Part shown: piece by piece, positions 13,940 through 24,645 of the stretch
How the letters are laid out: each line of letters begins with the position of its first letter
How positions within the stretch are numbered: the first letter of the stretch is position 1
NCBI GenBank assembly: GCA_965655095.1
Contig: OZ296648.1
Coordinates: 61,256,001 to 61,320,000, forward strand
Origin: Haplodiscus bocki
Lineage: Eukaryota
Length of the DNA: 64,000 nucleotides
Reading direction: 5' to 3'
Notes under the pieces: generated by a model
Database searches by the model: none
Told to the model about the DNA's origin: nothing
What the model saw: the letters and a program-made list of their open reading frames with translations, nothing else
Made by a program: the position numbers and the translations under genes

Positions 13940-14541
13940 GAAGAACGTCGATGTAATAGTTTGAATTTCATCGCGAAAGAGGTTGGGTCGAGGTCTTGCG
14001 AGTGACCACTGATAGTTTGCTCGCAATTATGTAGAAAAATTGTTTCTAGGAGACAAGCTAACCGGCAGACTCCGTTCTTGTGGAAAAACCAACTATTCAG
14101 AGTTTTGATTTTTCGGGAACTGTCTCTCGATAAACATCACTATCAATGAATAGAGATATTTCTTTACACAGACCTATGATGAAGCGAAATCAATCTTCTA
14201 CAGTTGCATAAAATAAGAAATTGTCCTTCGATGGTAGGAGATCGTTTGCAGGAAACTAATTGCAATTTCCCATCGGATATATAGAGGTTGTGTGAGTAAA
14301 GTGAAGAGAACTTTCATGGAAACCGTAATTACCGTTGGTAGTTTGATTTGAAAAATTCAAAAATTCTGCCGTGAGTAAAGCAGACTGATTCTTGTTTCTG
14401 TTCAAATTGCCTAAGTCCCTTTAATGTCTCAGTTATTTTCGTTGAATTGCCAAGTTCATCTAGAAGCAAAAGATTTCTCATTGCTGTACTTTGACGATTG
14501 TTATCAAATAACTCATCATTCTAGTAACTATTATTCGTCAT
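13940..14541 (-). pseudogene. Degenerate ORF directly upstream of the array's exonuclease-like gene (parent-locus flank)
   Basis: Reads MTNNSY*NDELFDNNRQSTAMRNLLLLDELG... and ends LETIFLHNCEQTISGHSQDLDPTSFAMKFKLLHRRSSK*. The tail PTSFAMKFKLLHRR is included in every array unit. Confidence 0.4.
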
Positions 14542-15599
14542 GGTTCTGAATCCGGTCTGTGACGGCTAAACAAATGGCCTGTAGTCGTTCGGTGTTTTAT
14601 ACTAATGATCATGAGTACTTTCGACTCTTTTGGATACTACTCTGTGGTGAAGCACCAGTAATCGCCTGACTTCCTGAATAGTACTAACCTATCGGTAAAG
14701 ATTGGAATTTTTGATACCAGGTGATTCGCAGAAGTTCCATCTTTTTTTCCCAAAATTTCGAAATGGCCCTTCTGTGTGTTTGTCTAGATTCTCCAGGCAG
14801 GTAGTTTCTGAAAGTCATACTATGGTCTTCTGTGTTTATTTTTCGACAACATAATGCTTTCATTTCCACTTTCCGTAAATCGAAGATGGACTTTTTTATC
14901 TTCTCTTCTCCCTCCAAGGATTGTGACCTGACTGATGGTTGACATTTTCGTGACACAGATATCAAATCCACAACATGTACTTTTCACATCTCACCCTGCC
15001 CAATTTCTCCGGGCTTTTGGATGCCCGGCCTCTGGCGTCAAGTGAAAAGAAAAATGTTTCTCCGTTCAAACAATAGCCGTCATAATTGACCGCGCTTTGC
15101 CTTCCATGATACTTTTTGTCAACGTCATCACTATCGGCCTAACCAAAACTGATGTGACAAACTATGAGTATGGAACAAAGTGGGAGAACCGTATTCATTG
15201 AAACGCAAATTTTACTCAACTGATTTTCATCCATCTAGTCAACGAAATGTTCTTCTCTGGTTAACTTTGTTTGAAAACTTCTGATGGCTTTATAGAAGTC
15301 CTTTTGTTTCTTCGTGTGGAAAACTGGTTCTTGCCGTGTTTGTGTCCATTTGATTTTTTCTAAGCTTTACTCAGGTTAGTTTAGGTATCAGCATTAATCA
15401 GAAAATTACGGTAGTGTTTCGGAAGTTAGACCAGCAGTGACGAAATAAAGTATTAGCGCGTAGTATCGAATTCCACTGTTTCTAGAAGTTTTGGTGTACG
15501 CAATCTCGGGGATTATTCCTCGTTAGGCGACTACCCCTTGGCAAGATTTCCTGTGGGCGGATATTGCAAGTGTTTACCTAATCCTAAACCTAGAGCCAC

Positions 15600-16174
15600 T
15601 TACGGCTGATAGCTTCTCTACTCAGGTGTACACCCTTCATCACATATCAAGCTTTTTAAATCAGCATATTTCATCTAAAGCACTTATTGAGTTGCACTTA
15701 ATGCATTGGGAATGGAATCAGGAGTCGATTTTCCTAGGTTTTTTCAGGATTTCAAGGCAGAGATCCACTAAATAACCAAGTAGAAAATAATCATGTGTTT
15801 TACAAACTGACTGTTACATCTGCACAAAGTATAAAGGAAAAGTACCCTGATGCTATTATGAAGTGTGATTATAGAGATTATAAGTTTTCACTGGCTTATG
15901 GAGAAATTAAATCATGTTTCAGACCTTTAACTAAATATGCTTCCTCACAATACTTAACACAAAACGATTTTAGATCTGAAATTAATATTTTTAATTTTTA
16001 TGTTTTCAGATACGTTATCAAAACTAATATAGTTCTCAACAACCTATAACAGTACCTTTTTAGTTTGTTGCAGATGAAGTAATTTCAGGCGGTATACTTG
16101 TATCCGCACTAGTCTTGATGAATTAAAAAATATCTGTTAGTACTGATGGACAAAGACATTATGATTTACTTTAA
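15600..16174 (+). pseudogene. C-terminal remnant of a Polinton/Maverick-like major capsid protein
   Basis: LGMESGVDFP...FYKLTVTSAQSIKEKYPDAIMKCDYRDYKFSLAYGEIKSCFRPLTK...YLTQNDFRS...FYVF...SALVLMN*KISVSTDGQRHYDLL*. Matches recalled Polinton capsid C-termini (VTSAQ...EKYPD...YGQIK...DFRS...ALVLTN...SSDGQRxFDL). Contains stops and frameshifts. Confidence 0.6.
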
Positions 16175-16443
16175 TTTCAATATTTCATTTGAAAACTAAT
16201 TTTTTGAGATGAAGCTTCCTCATCGTCTGAGTCTATTGGTATTGTTGATGAAGAGTTCGAAGAATGCAGAGATCCATTGTGTGGAAGTCAAACTAAGAGA
16301 AAATGGATTTTTTATATGTTCATTTTGTTACATTTCAATAACTTTAGCATGAAGTAAGAGAATATTTGTTGACGATGGTTTTGTTTGTGTTTTTGGTGAT
16401 TTTTCAGCTTTATAGAAAGTTGATTAGTTTTTTTATAAAAAAA

Positions 16444-19400
16444 TCAACTCCATGGATCGGTTTCGATTGCATTTAAATAGATTCTATCATCAAAGGAACT
16501 GAGGTCATTTATATCAAGTTTTTGCTAATATTCTTCGTGATTATCATTTTTAATCACAGAATTTTTGACATATTGTGTGTTTACTCGTCTTTTGAATAAA
16601 GTAATGGTTCTCGAATTTAATGACTAGCTGTTTTAGGTTTTTCTTTTACTTTGACTTCTTTTTATTCCTCGTTGCTACATTTTAATGCATAACCCTTGGC
16701 TCTTAGTGCACAGGCTTCATCTGTCCAGGAACTTTCAGGAGCTTCTAATTCAGATTTACGGATTACTTTTCTTCTCACTGTATATAAGTTTTTTTCAAAT
16801 TGAAATTACTAAAATCGTTTTTATTTTCTCTTTGGTTTAAATTGTTCATATAGTCGATCAGAGATCTCCATTAAAACTAACTATTAAAGAATCACAGTCC
16901 CTAGAATGTAGACACTTGTAGTTTTCTATGGTAAGTCTAATTCATATGACGTTCAGATTTTTCTCAAGTAGCATTCAAAATAAAAAGTTTTTTGAACTTT
17001 ATCTCTGTTTTATTAAATGAGAAAGCTCAGAAGTTTTCTTTCAAGTTTGATACGGTTGACCTAAATTCATTCTCCCTCTTCGATGTATTCTTTTAACCAT
17101 TTGAAGTTTTTACTCCCAATCTAGCACCTAATTTTTCATAGTTTTTCCATAAAATGCAATATTAAGAAGTTCCTAACTTTCCCCAGATATTTTTTTATAG
17201 TTGTTTCACTTTTTTTCCATCCATTTTTGCTTGACGCCACTGTTCTTCTTCAAAACTTACTGTTTTGTGGAATTTTGTTTCAAGCATTTTCTTCTTTCAA
17301 AAGTTTTCTCTGATGCACAAAATATTTCTTTTTTAATATGATCACACATGACTTTCATGTGTGGTCTATGGTTTTATGTTTCATATTCAACATATGCTTA
17401 CTGCATTTTTCAATATCTTTTTTTTCTGGTCAAACTGGTAAATTACGATTCTGCAGACTTCCTTATTTTGTGTATTGTGAATCTACTGCAACAGAAAATC
17501 CTGTTTTAGCATCATCGGGTGATGCTTCTCTATTAGTGTTTCGCACGTACCCTGCGCCTTTTACACCAGATATTCTACTTCTATTTCTTGCTTCAAATGA
17601 AAGAATTAGTTCTCTGTCGTGTATATTCTCAAGTACTACTTGCGGAAAATGCAAGATAGCATTCCATAATTATGCCGGTAACGATCCAAAATATAATCAC
17701 CTGATTTCATTTTCCTTAATACTCTCAAGTATGTCTGCCAATATTGTAACAAATGATTTTTTAATTTCTTTCGTTTCTTCTGTATTGAGATTCATTTTTT
17801 TATTTTGAAAGTTCTAGTTGCCACTTCCTGAATATTCATTTCCGTCCAAGGATGCGGAAAAAATCTTGTTCTGTCTGGGTAAGAAGTTGGTTATCTTCTG
17901 GTTTCTCAATTCCTCATAGATGTGCTACTTTTTTTAGTAAATAGTCAATTCAACACAAGTTGTTTTTCTTGAAAATTTTTGTTCGCTCTGCGCATAAGTA
18001 GCGAGATCGCTTCGGATAATCTTTGTCTGAAAATTTTACAAAATCTGCCAAGTTATCGACACTTTAGCTCCTGAGTCAAAAAGACTCTATAAGTTTTGAA
18101 CAACCATTCTCTACTGACATGTTTTTGTTCATTTGTGTTGGGAATAACTTTTATTTGGACTTTTTTGCTGAATGTTTCAAAGAACGATTGAGGGTCATGT
18201 TTACTACAGTCGTAAATTTTTACAGGAACGAATAAGGAATGCTATTTTTTTACCGTTTGAGTTACAGGCTCAGCACTTTCCTGTTAAACGACAATGGTGT
18301 CAGTTTTTTTCGGGATGAATTTGATTACATCCTTCTATAAAGTTCTTGTTGCATAACCAACGTTTTTAGCCACGTTGAACTTTTTTCTTGGCTTTTCTAG
18401 ACGTAATAATTTCCCTGTATTCCTGAAAAGTGACGCTTTTTTTCCAGTTTTTTCATATCTTTATCAAACCATTCTACTACTTGTTGTCCAAAATATTAAT
18501 GGTAGGTACTCCGATCTGGTATTGGGTTTATCTGTTTTTTAATGTCTCTGATTTTTCAAATTATCCATAAAAAACAGAAATTCGATTTTATTTTTTTCTT
18601 TCCCTTTTTATAGAATCAGGAGCATTCATAGTTTCGGAATCGGCATAAACTCCACCAGCAATAGGGTTTTTCTATTAATATTTCTTACAATGAAATTCTA
18701 TCTTTTGCGTTTTTCATAAGACATGATTCTTGCTCCGTACATAGTTTTTGGAGCTTTTTTGGAGTAATAATTCGACGAAAGTGAGCGAAACTATTTCAAT
18801 ATACATGCTCCCTACCACGATTTCCGGAACGCTTTGATCATTTATTTCTTCATTTTTCATCCAAAGTTTGAAAAATGAAGTTTCTCCTATCGGAGTTGCC
18901 GTTTGTGAAATTGATCTTTTTGGTAAAAATCCTTCAGATCTCCAACCATTACCTTTGTTTTTGAAGATTTTTGATTGCAATTCATAGTTCAGGTTCAATA
19001 TTTTTGCATTTGTTTTTTGCAGATCTTAGTAGTTGCGTTGTAAGTTTCTAACTAACATTTCATTGGGATTATCAGTGAAAGTATAAGGTTCAAACAGAAG
19101 CTTGAAAGATGTTGCATTTTGTTTGGTTGGTTGTTCGTTTCAGAATATGTTCTACGAATTGATGTACAAATAGGATTACCATCTCCCTCATGACGTTCCT
19201 TCTTTCCTTTCGTCCTCGACATGTATGGAGACTTTTGAATTAACATTTTCGTTTTCAGACGAATGTATTTTTTTGTAAATCTATCTTTAATAAAATTTGG
19301 ATCCGTTTCGTTGGAAGTAAATGGATATTTTATCATTTTATCCACTTCATTTTTTAAAATGTCTTGGATTTATCATGAGTGGTTTATGTCTTTTCGATCT

Positions 19401-19790
19401 ATAAGTTATAAGTATCATAATGTCTTTTCCCAAATCTGTTTGCTAACTCTTTTCAAATGATTTACAGTATGTTCTTGGGATGTATTTCAACTCTCAACAT
19501 ACAGCTCACATACTTTAGAAGACCTTCTACTGCCCTATGGGACGCTTTGGGATTTTCTTTTGATGAGATACTGGGTTTTCATTTCTTGACCCCAATTTTC
19601 TGTTCACAGTTTTTTTTAACATATATTAGATGTTAATTTGTTCCCGTTGAAACAATATTCAGATGGTATATGTGCTTCGGAAGCGACTTTTTTAAACTGT
19701 TTACATATGTGACATTTGGTTTTATCTCCTGTTTTAAGAAAATGCTATTTTGATCTTAATTGTTTATAGATACTGTAATATTCTAATGAT
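16444..19790 (-). pseudogene. Protein-primed family-B DNA polymerase (pPolB) relic of a Polinton/Maverick
   Basis: Ordered - strand motifs: N-terminal Cys/His fingers (~19500-19720), ExoI-like VYADSE (~18640), IKVIPNTNE..VS.ENGCSKLIES (~18090-18160), LENIHDRELILSFEARNRSRISGVKG (~17560-17640, RGGIS region), motif B LLNIAFYGKTM (~17135-17170), motif C LHSRDCDSL (~16885-16910), WTDEACALRAKGYALKC (~16680-16730), C-terminus LSSFDDRIYLNAIETDPWS* ending at 16444. Heavily disrupted. Confidence 0.85.
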
Positions 19791-19939
19791 CATTTTTTTA
19801 AATTAAATTCTACAATGCAGAAGAGCATGATCTGTTTTCAATATTTTTGGAACCGTTAAATCTTGGCGCTGTTAATTTTTTTGAAGTTTGAGAGACAATG
19901 AACCCTACCCTAATCGGAAATACTGATTTCCGGAGAAGT

Positions 19940-21760
19940 AGACAACCAATAAACCAGTGGACAGGAAAAAAATGTACAGTATCCACATGCAAATTAAAGG
20001 CCGAGAAGACAGATTGAAGAATAACTTTTTTTGAGTTGTAATTTCCGCAATATGACAGAAGTAGAGTGATTAAATGAAGCTGAAAATAAGAGATTTGAAG
20101 AAAGAGAATTCTGAATTGCTACTGAATAGTTGATTATTCTGGAAATTAATTCTTCAAATATTCAAAAGATTTTTCCTCACACCACGCGCTGAAGATAGCC
20201 ACTAAGGAATAAAGTAGAGTATTACAAATAAGAAAGGATCGAAACTTGAAGTCCATCAAAAAACAAACATAGCCCTTTTACAGATACTTTTTCTATGTAA
20301 AGTTGAAAAGCAATCGTCGCAATGACATCTTGAGCAGTCCCTGGGTTTAGTTGATCTCGCCATTTTTTTGATGAAGTACTATATAAAAAAATACTTATTC
20401 ATAAGGTTTTCGTATATATACGTTGAATTGTAGTTTGTCGAAATTTTAGAATTTTGGAAGTTGATATCTGGAAAACTCCTGTTTGGCTTGTGCTCATCCA
20501 GTGACCAGTCAAAAGGTTACTGTTGGCAGAAGCTCTTGAGAACTGGGAGGGAGCAATTTCATACGTTTTAGGCGCTACTTCTTGACTTATAGTTTCAGCT
20601 TTTGAAGTTTTCTACTTTCGCTTTTCCACTTTTTTCTCGAGGGCTACTGGTTTCATTCTGCTCGTCCAGTGTTCGTTCGAAAACCTTTTGTCCTAGGAAT
20701 CTATGGAGAACTGTGATATTTAACTTCATAACATCCTTGCAATAGTTCGCGACATGTAGTGTGAATTCCGAAGTTTGTACTACTTTCCGTGTTCTTTAAA
20801 GTTTTTTTCTCAATATACTACTAGTTGGATTGTGCTCATCGAGTGCTCGTTCTTGCCTATCGTATGTTCCACTGAAATTCCCTAACAAGCAATAACAGAA
20901 AGCACTAATAGATACTGGTGCCTGTGCAAATGCAATCAGTGAAAAAGATTACGAAGACATGAAATCATCATTTGGAACGACAGCAACCATCTCAAAACCT
21001 TCTGAGGTCAGTAATGTTAAATTAGCTTCAGGACAACTTATACCGGTGCGTGGCCAAACTCGAGTTTTCAATAGCAAAATAATATTTCAAACAATATTTT
21101 TTAGTAGTACTTCCTAACACGAATAGCATCATTTTGGGAAATCCATTTTTCAAAAACAATATTGAACTTTACCCAAGAGAGAACCTGATGAAGTTACCTG
21201 ACTTGTCGCTTCAGTTGATTGAAATATCAACGCAATCAGCTGAAATCGGAAATCTCCGATACACTATCAGAACACTTGACAAATGCGTCATCCCCCCAAC
21301 CAACAAACAACACTAAATTGCAATCTCCAAACGAAAAACAAACCATATGCTGATGTATGTGGTGTAGTCGAACCAAAAGTAAATTGGAAGAAAAAACTAG
21401 ATTGTGCAGCACCTCTTCCTTATCGCGAACTGACTCTGAAGCAAATTTGTAATTATCTGCCTGAAACCTCCAAAGCAATGAGATCACAATTCCCCGAAAT
21501 TCGGACTTCGCCTACTTCAATTTTCTTTCACCACACCAACCGGAAACGTTAATCTCGACATACCGCAATTACTAACATCGGCGGAATTCAAAAACCAGAG
21601 GACCTTGAGCATGAAATCAACCAGCTGATAATTGATGAAGAATTCATTGCAAACTCTCAACCACCTACACCAAAACCAGACAACAAAAAATTTCTGGTTC
21701 CCAACACCAGAAACATGCCTCAACCCATCAGCACTGAAAGATGTTGAAAAGGATATTCAC
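19940..21760 (+). repeat. Direct repeat copy 1 (~1.82 kb near-identical, preceded by a ~170-bp diverged leader from ~19770)
   Basis: Matches 30481-32301 at constant offset 10,541 (ORFs 21134/31675 and 21517/32058 are identical). Three substitutions noticed by eye: 20058/30599, 20518/31059, 20754/31295. Confidence 0.97.
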
Positions 21761-24050
21761 TGACTTCTGAAAACTACAAAAACTAAATAGTATAGACCCA
21801 CACATTAGTATTGATACCGTAACCAATTCTTGCAGAGATTCGAATGGAACGAATTTATACTGAAAGCGGACGAAAAATAACAAGTTGAGGAATTACTGGT
21901 TGAAATTTCGGATAGTTTCGCAAAAGGCAGATTTGATGTTGAATTTAATTCTAAAATCTCCATGAAATTAACGCCAGAGTACTACTAACCGGTCAACACT
22001 CAAAGCCACCCAACGCCGATTCACTTACGTGAAAACTTTGGGTAGAGCTCGATCTCCTGGAATATTTCGGAATCATCACAAGTCTCAACCATTCAAAATA
22101 CAATACAGCTGTCCATTCTTTGCACACCGCAAACCAAATGGTGAACCCAGAATTCTAGCGGACTTACGCCGAATCAATCACCTCTTGTTACATGACTATC
22201 ATAACAGTTTCTTGATTTCAACAATGGCAGACGCAACAGCAGAGTTTGCGGGAATATCAATCTTTTGTAAACTAGGTTGCTCTCAAGTGTACCACTGTGT
22301 ACAAATGGCTGACCCTCTTTCGGTACAACTACTTGCATTCAATTTTGCTTGCCGAGCTATGGCTTATCAGAGATTAGCTAGAAGTCTGAACAGATCTGTT
22401 GCAGGCTTCAGTGCCCTTGAGAATCCACTTAGAGCGATGTCTCTCAGCAAATGTTTGCACACAGTTCATGGATGATATTGGATGTGGAGTAGAATCAGTT
22501 GAAAAACTCATACCCAACTTCCGACTCATCCTAAAATGCTTACCAAGATCAGGACCGAAACTATCGCTAGAGAAATGTGTCTTTAGATCACAAAAAGTTA
22601 GTTTCCTTTGAAACGTCATAACAAAAGAAGGCCTACAACCTGAAGACTAAAATTGAAAACTTCCTGAAAACACTTGAAATAACAAAATCCTTGAAGCAAG
22701 TAAAACGACTAATCGGTTTCCTACAAATCTTTTGCAGTTTCATCCCGAATCTGAGCGAACACCTCATACTTTTCTACAAACTTTTGCGGGAAAATGTTTC
22801 ATTTGGAATTACAGATGAGATCAAAGTTGCTTTCGAAAAACTTAGAGACAAACTCGAAACTTCCACAACGCAAACACATAGACTTGCCAAACCAGGACTC
22901 GAATATGCCATTTTATGTGACGCTAGTTATCACTCGAGTGGATTTGTAATATTTATAGAAGACTATGTCCAAAACAAAGAAGAAACTGTTAAATTTTATG
23001 CAGCTGTGTCATTTGGATGTGAAGTTTTCAATACAACGCAACTAAGGACGTCAATATACTGCAAGGCGTTCCTATCCCTCTACTTTGCCTCGGACGCTTT
23101 CTCTCATTTGATATGGGGAGGTGAAAAACCAATACTCATACTGCCTGACAACAAAAGTTTAACCAGATTTCTCCAAGCCAAAACAATTCCTCCATCCCTT
23201 TGGATTTATGTGGATAGATTTACAGCATTTAGCATTGTGTTAAGTCACGTTCCAGGAAAAGCCAATGTTGCAGCAGATTTTTTATCTCGCTTGCGATCAA
23301 TCCTGAACGAAACATATGATTTGAAACTTACAGACAGAATCCCAATCAGAGAAATTGAAGTTGATGTACGAGCAAAGCTACCAGACAACACAAACAGTGA
23401 GTTCTTTGCAGACAATTTACCAGTTGACTCACTCCAAGTAGTCGATATAAACACACTGATAACCCTCAAACAATCTGGATTTTATGATCAGGCAGTGAGC
23501 CAACTAAAATTTCACACCGAACATGGAACTATTAGTGACGAAATGCAACAAGAAAATAAGAAATTAACGCCACTCCACACACCAACCCAATGAATGACTA
23601 TCCCGAATTGGAAACAACAATAGCTAATCTGAAAAAAGAACAAAATTCTGAGCCGTTGATAACAAAAGTGATCAAATGGTTGCGAACTGACTCTGCACCT
23701 ACAGCAAGCATCTACTCTACTGGAGAAGAACAGAAGTACCTGAAGCAGTTTCGACGATTGTTCGCTGGAAGTGGAATACTCTACAGAAGATACTTCGCAC
23801 ACAATGGCAAAATGTTTAACAAACAATTGTGCCTGCCAAAAACAGTGGTAAAAGGAGTCGTGTATACAATACATAACGCCCCAACTGGAGAACACTTGAG
23901 AGTAACGAGAACCATTGAGGAATTCAGAAAACGCTTCTATTGTCCGAACTATGTGGAATTAGTCAAAGATTTTTATCAGAAACTGTTCTACATGCTTCCA
24001 AATGAACCAAGTACAGCCCTCACGACTTAGACCACCACGACAAGAAGTGC
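20865..24050 (+). pseudogene. pol: Gypsy pol pseudogene (aspartic protease, reverse transcriptase, RNase H, integrase zinc finger; integrase core missing)
   Basis: Protease ALIDTGACANAIS (~20902-20940) and ILGNPFF. RT YSCPFFAHRKPNGEPRILADLRRINH...KLGCSQVYH...AYQRL...QFMDDIG (~22100-22480). RNase H ILCDASY...DNKSL...HVPGKANVAADFLSR (22900-23290). HHCC IHNAPTGEH...RFYCP...IRNCSTC (23870-23995). Many stops and frameshifts. Confidence 0.95.
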
Positions 24051-24221
24051 TAAACGAAGAAACCAAGGACAACGGTCGAAGCAAGAAACTCTGTCGATCT
24101 TCCTAATAATCGTCGCCAACAACGCCAGCAAATGCAATTCGTAAAAAGACCAGGAGCGAGACAAGAGGGATCATCTGAAAAACGAAGTAGAACCGATTTG
24201 AACCAAATCCAACTAGCTCAG

Positions 24222-24645
24222 AGTACCTCAAAAGTGACCATAGTGGCAGACGATCTTTTTGGAACTTCCTGCTGTATGGGACACTGTTTCTTCTGACTTT
24301 TTCATGAGAGCAGGTATCGCTAAGCGATTGGATCAACTCTACCCAAAAATCAAACAAAGCTTAGAGGACTAACACCAGGATCAGTGTTTGCATTCTACGA
24401 TAGATATTCACGAAGATGGATTTCGTAACCAAACCCAAATACTTTCAAACCCTTCTAGGACGAATTAAAAAACAGCCTCACCATGATCCGCAACCACGCC
24501 GACTCTCATGGATTGAAAAACATTCGACTACCGGAACTAGGATGTGGCTTAGACAAACTTCAACCATCAATAGTGCACAAACTTCTACGCAAAGTTTTCC
24601 AAAAGTCCCAAGTAGCGGTGACAATCTGTATAAGACGCCACTAGC
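24222..24645 (+). pseudogene. TARG1/OARD1 (Macro_Poa1p-like) macrodomain relic inside the Gypsy element
   Basis: Across ~4 frameshifts and 1 stop: KVTIVADDLFGTSCCMGHCF-SDFFMRAGIAKRLDQLYP...LTPGSVFAFYDRYSRRWI-VTKPKYF-KPF*DELKNSLTMIRNHADSHGLKNIRLPELGCGLDKLQPSIVHKLLRKVFQKSQVAVTICI. The hallmark motifs GDLF, HCxSxDxxMGAGIA, LVTK and PxIGCGLD are all present in order. Confidence 0.88.

Larger units (their letters stand above)
1..13990. repeat. Tandem array (macrosatellite), ~904-bp unit, at least 15.5 copies, runs off the left edge of the window
   Basis: The same marker recurs at 26, 930, 1833, 2737, 3641, 4545, 5449, 6353, ~7256, 8160, 9064, 9968, 10869, 11772, 12675 and 13579 (spacings 904/903/901). 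Copies differ only by scattered substitutions and 1-3 bp indels. Similarity stops at ~13989 (ggttgggtcgagg vs unit agttgggttgacg). Confidence 0.99.
15600..20860. mobile_element. Decayed Polinton/Maverick-like element A (capsid on + converging with pPolB on -, plus unknown ORF relics)
   Basis: Co-located capsid and pPolB relics. No TIRs or TSD found, so boundaries are approximate. Confidence 0.7.

Noticed and set aside
1-13990. Array as CRISPR or a repeat-spacer system
   Set aside because: The entire 904-bp unit is repeated with no unique spacers, there are no cas genes, and the context is eukaryotic.
22691-23593. 300-aa ORF as a functional gene
   Set aside because: It is the RT-connection/RNase H piece of a pol gene broken by stops and frameshifts on both sides.
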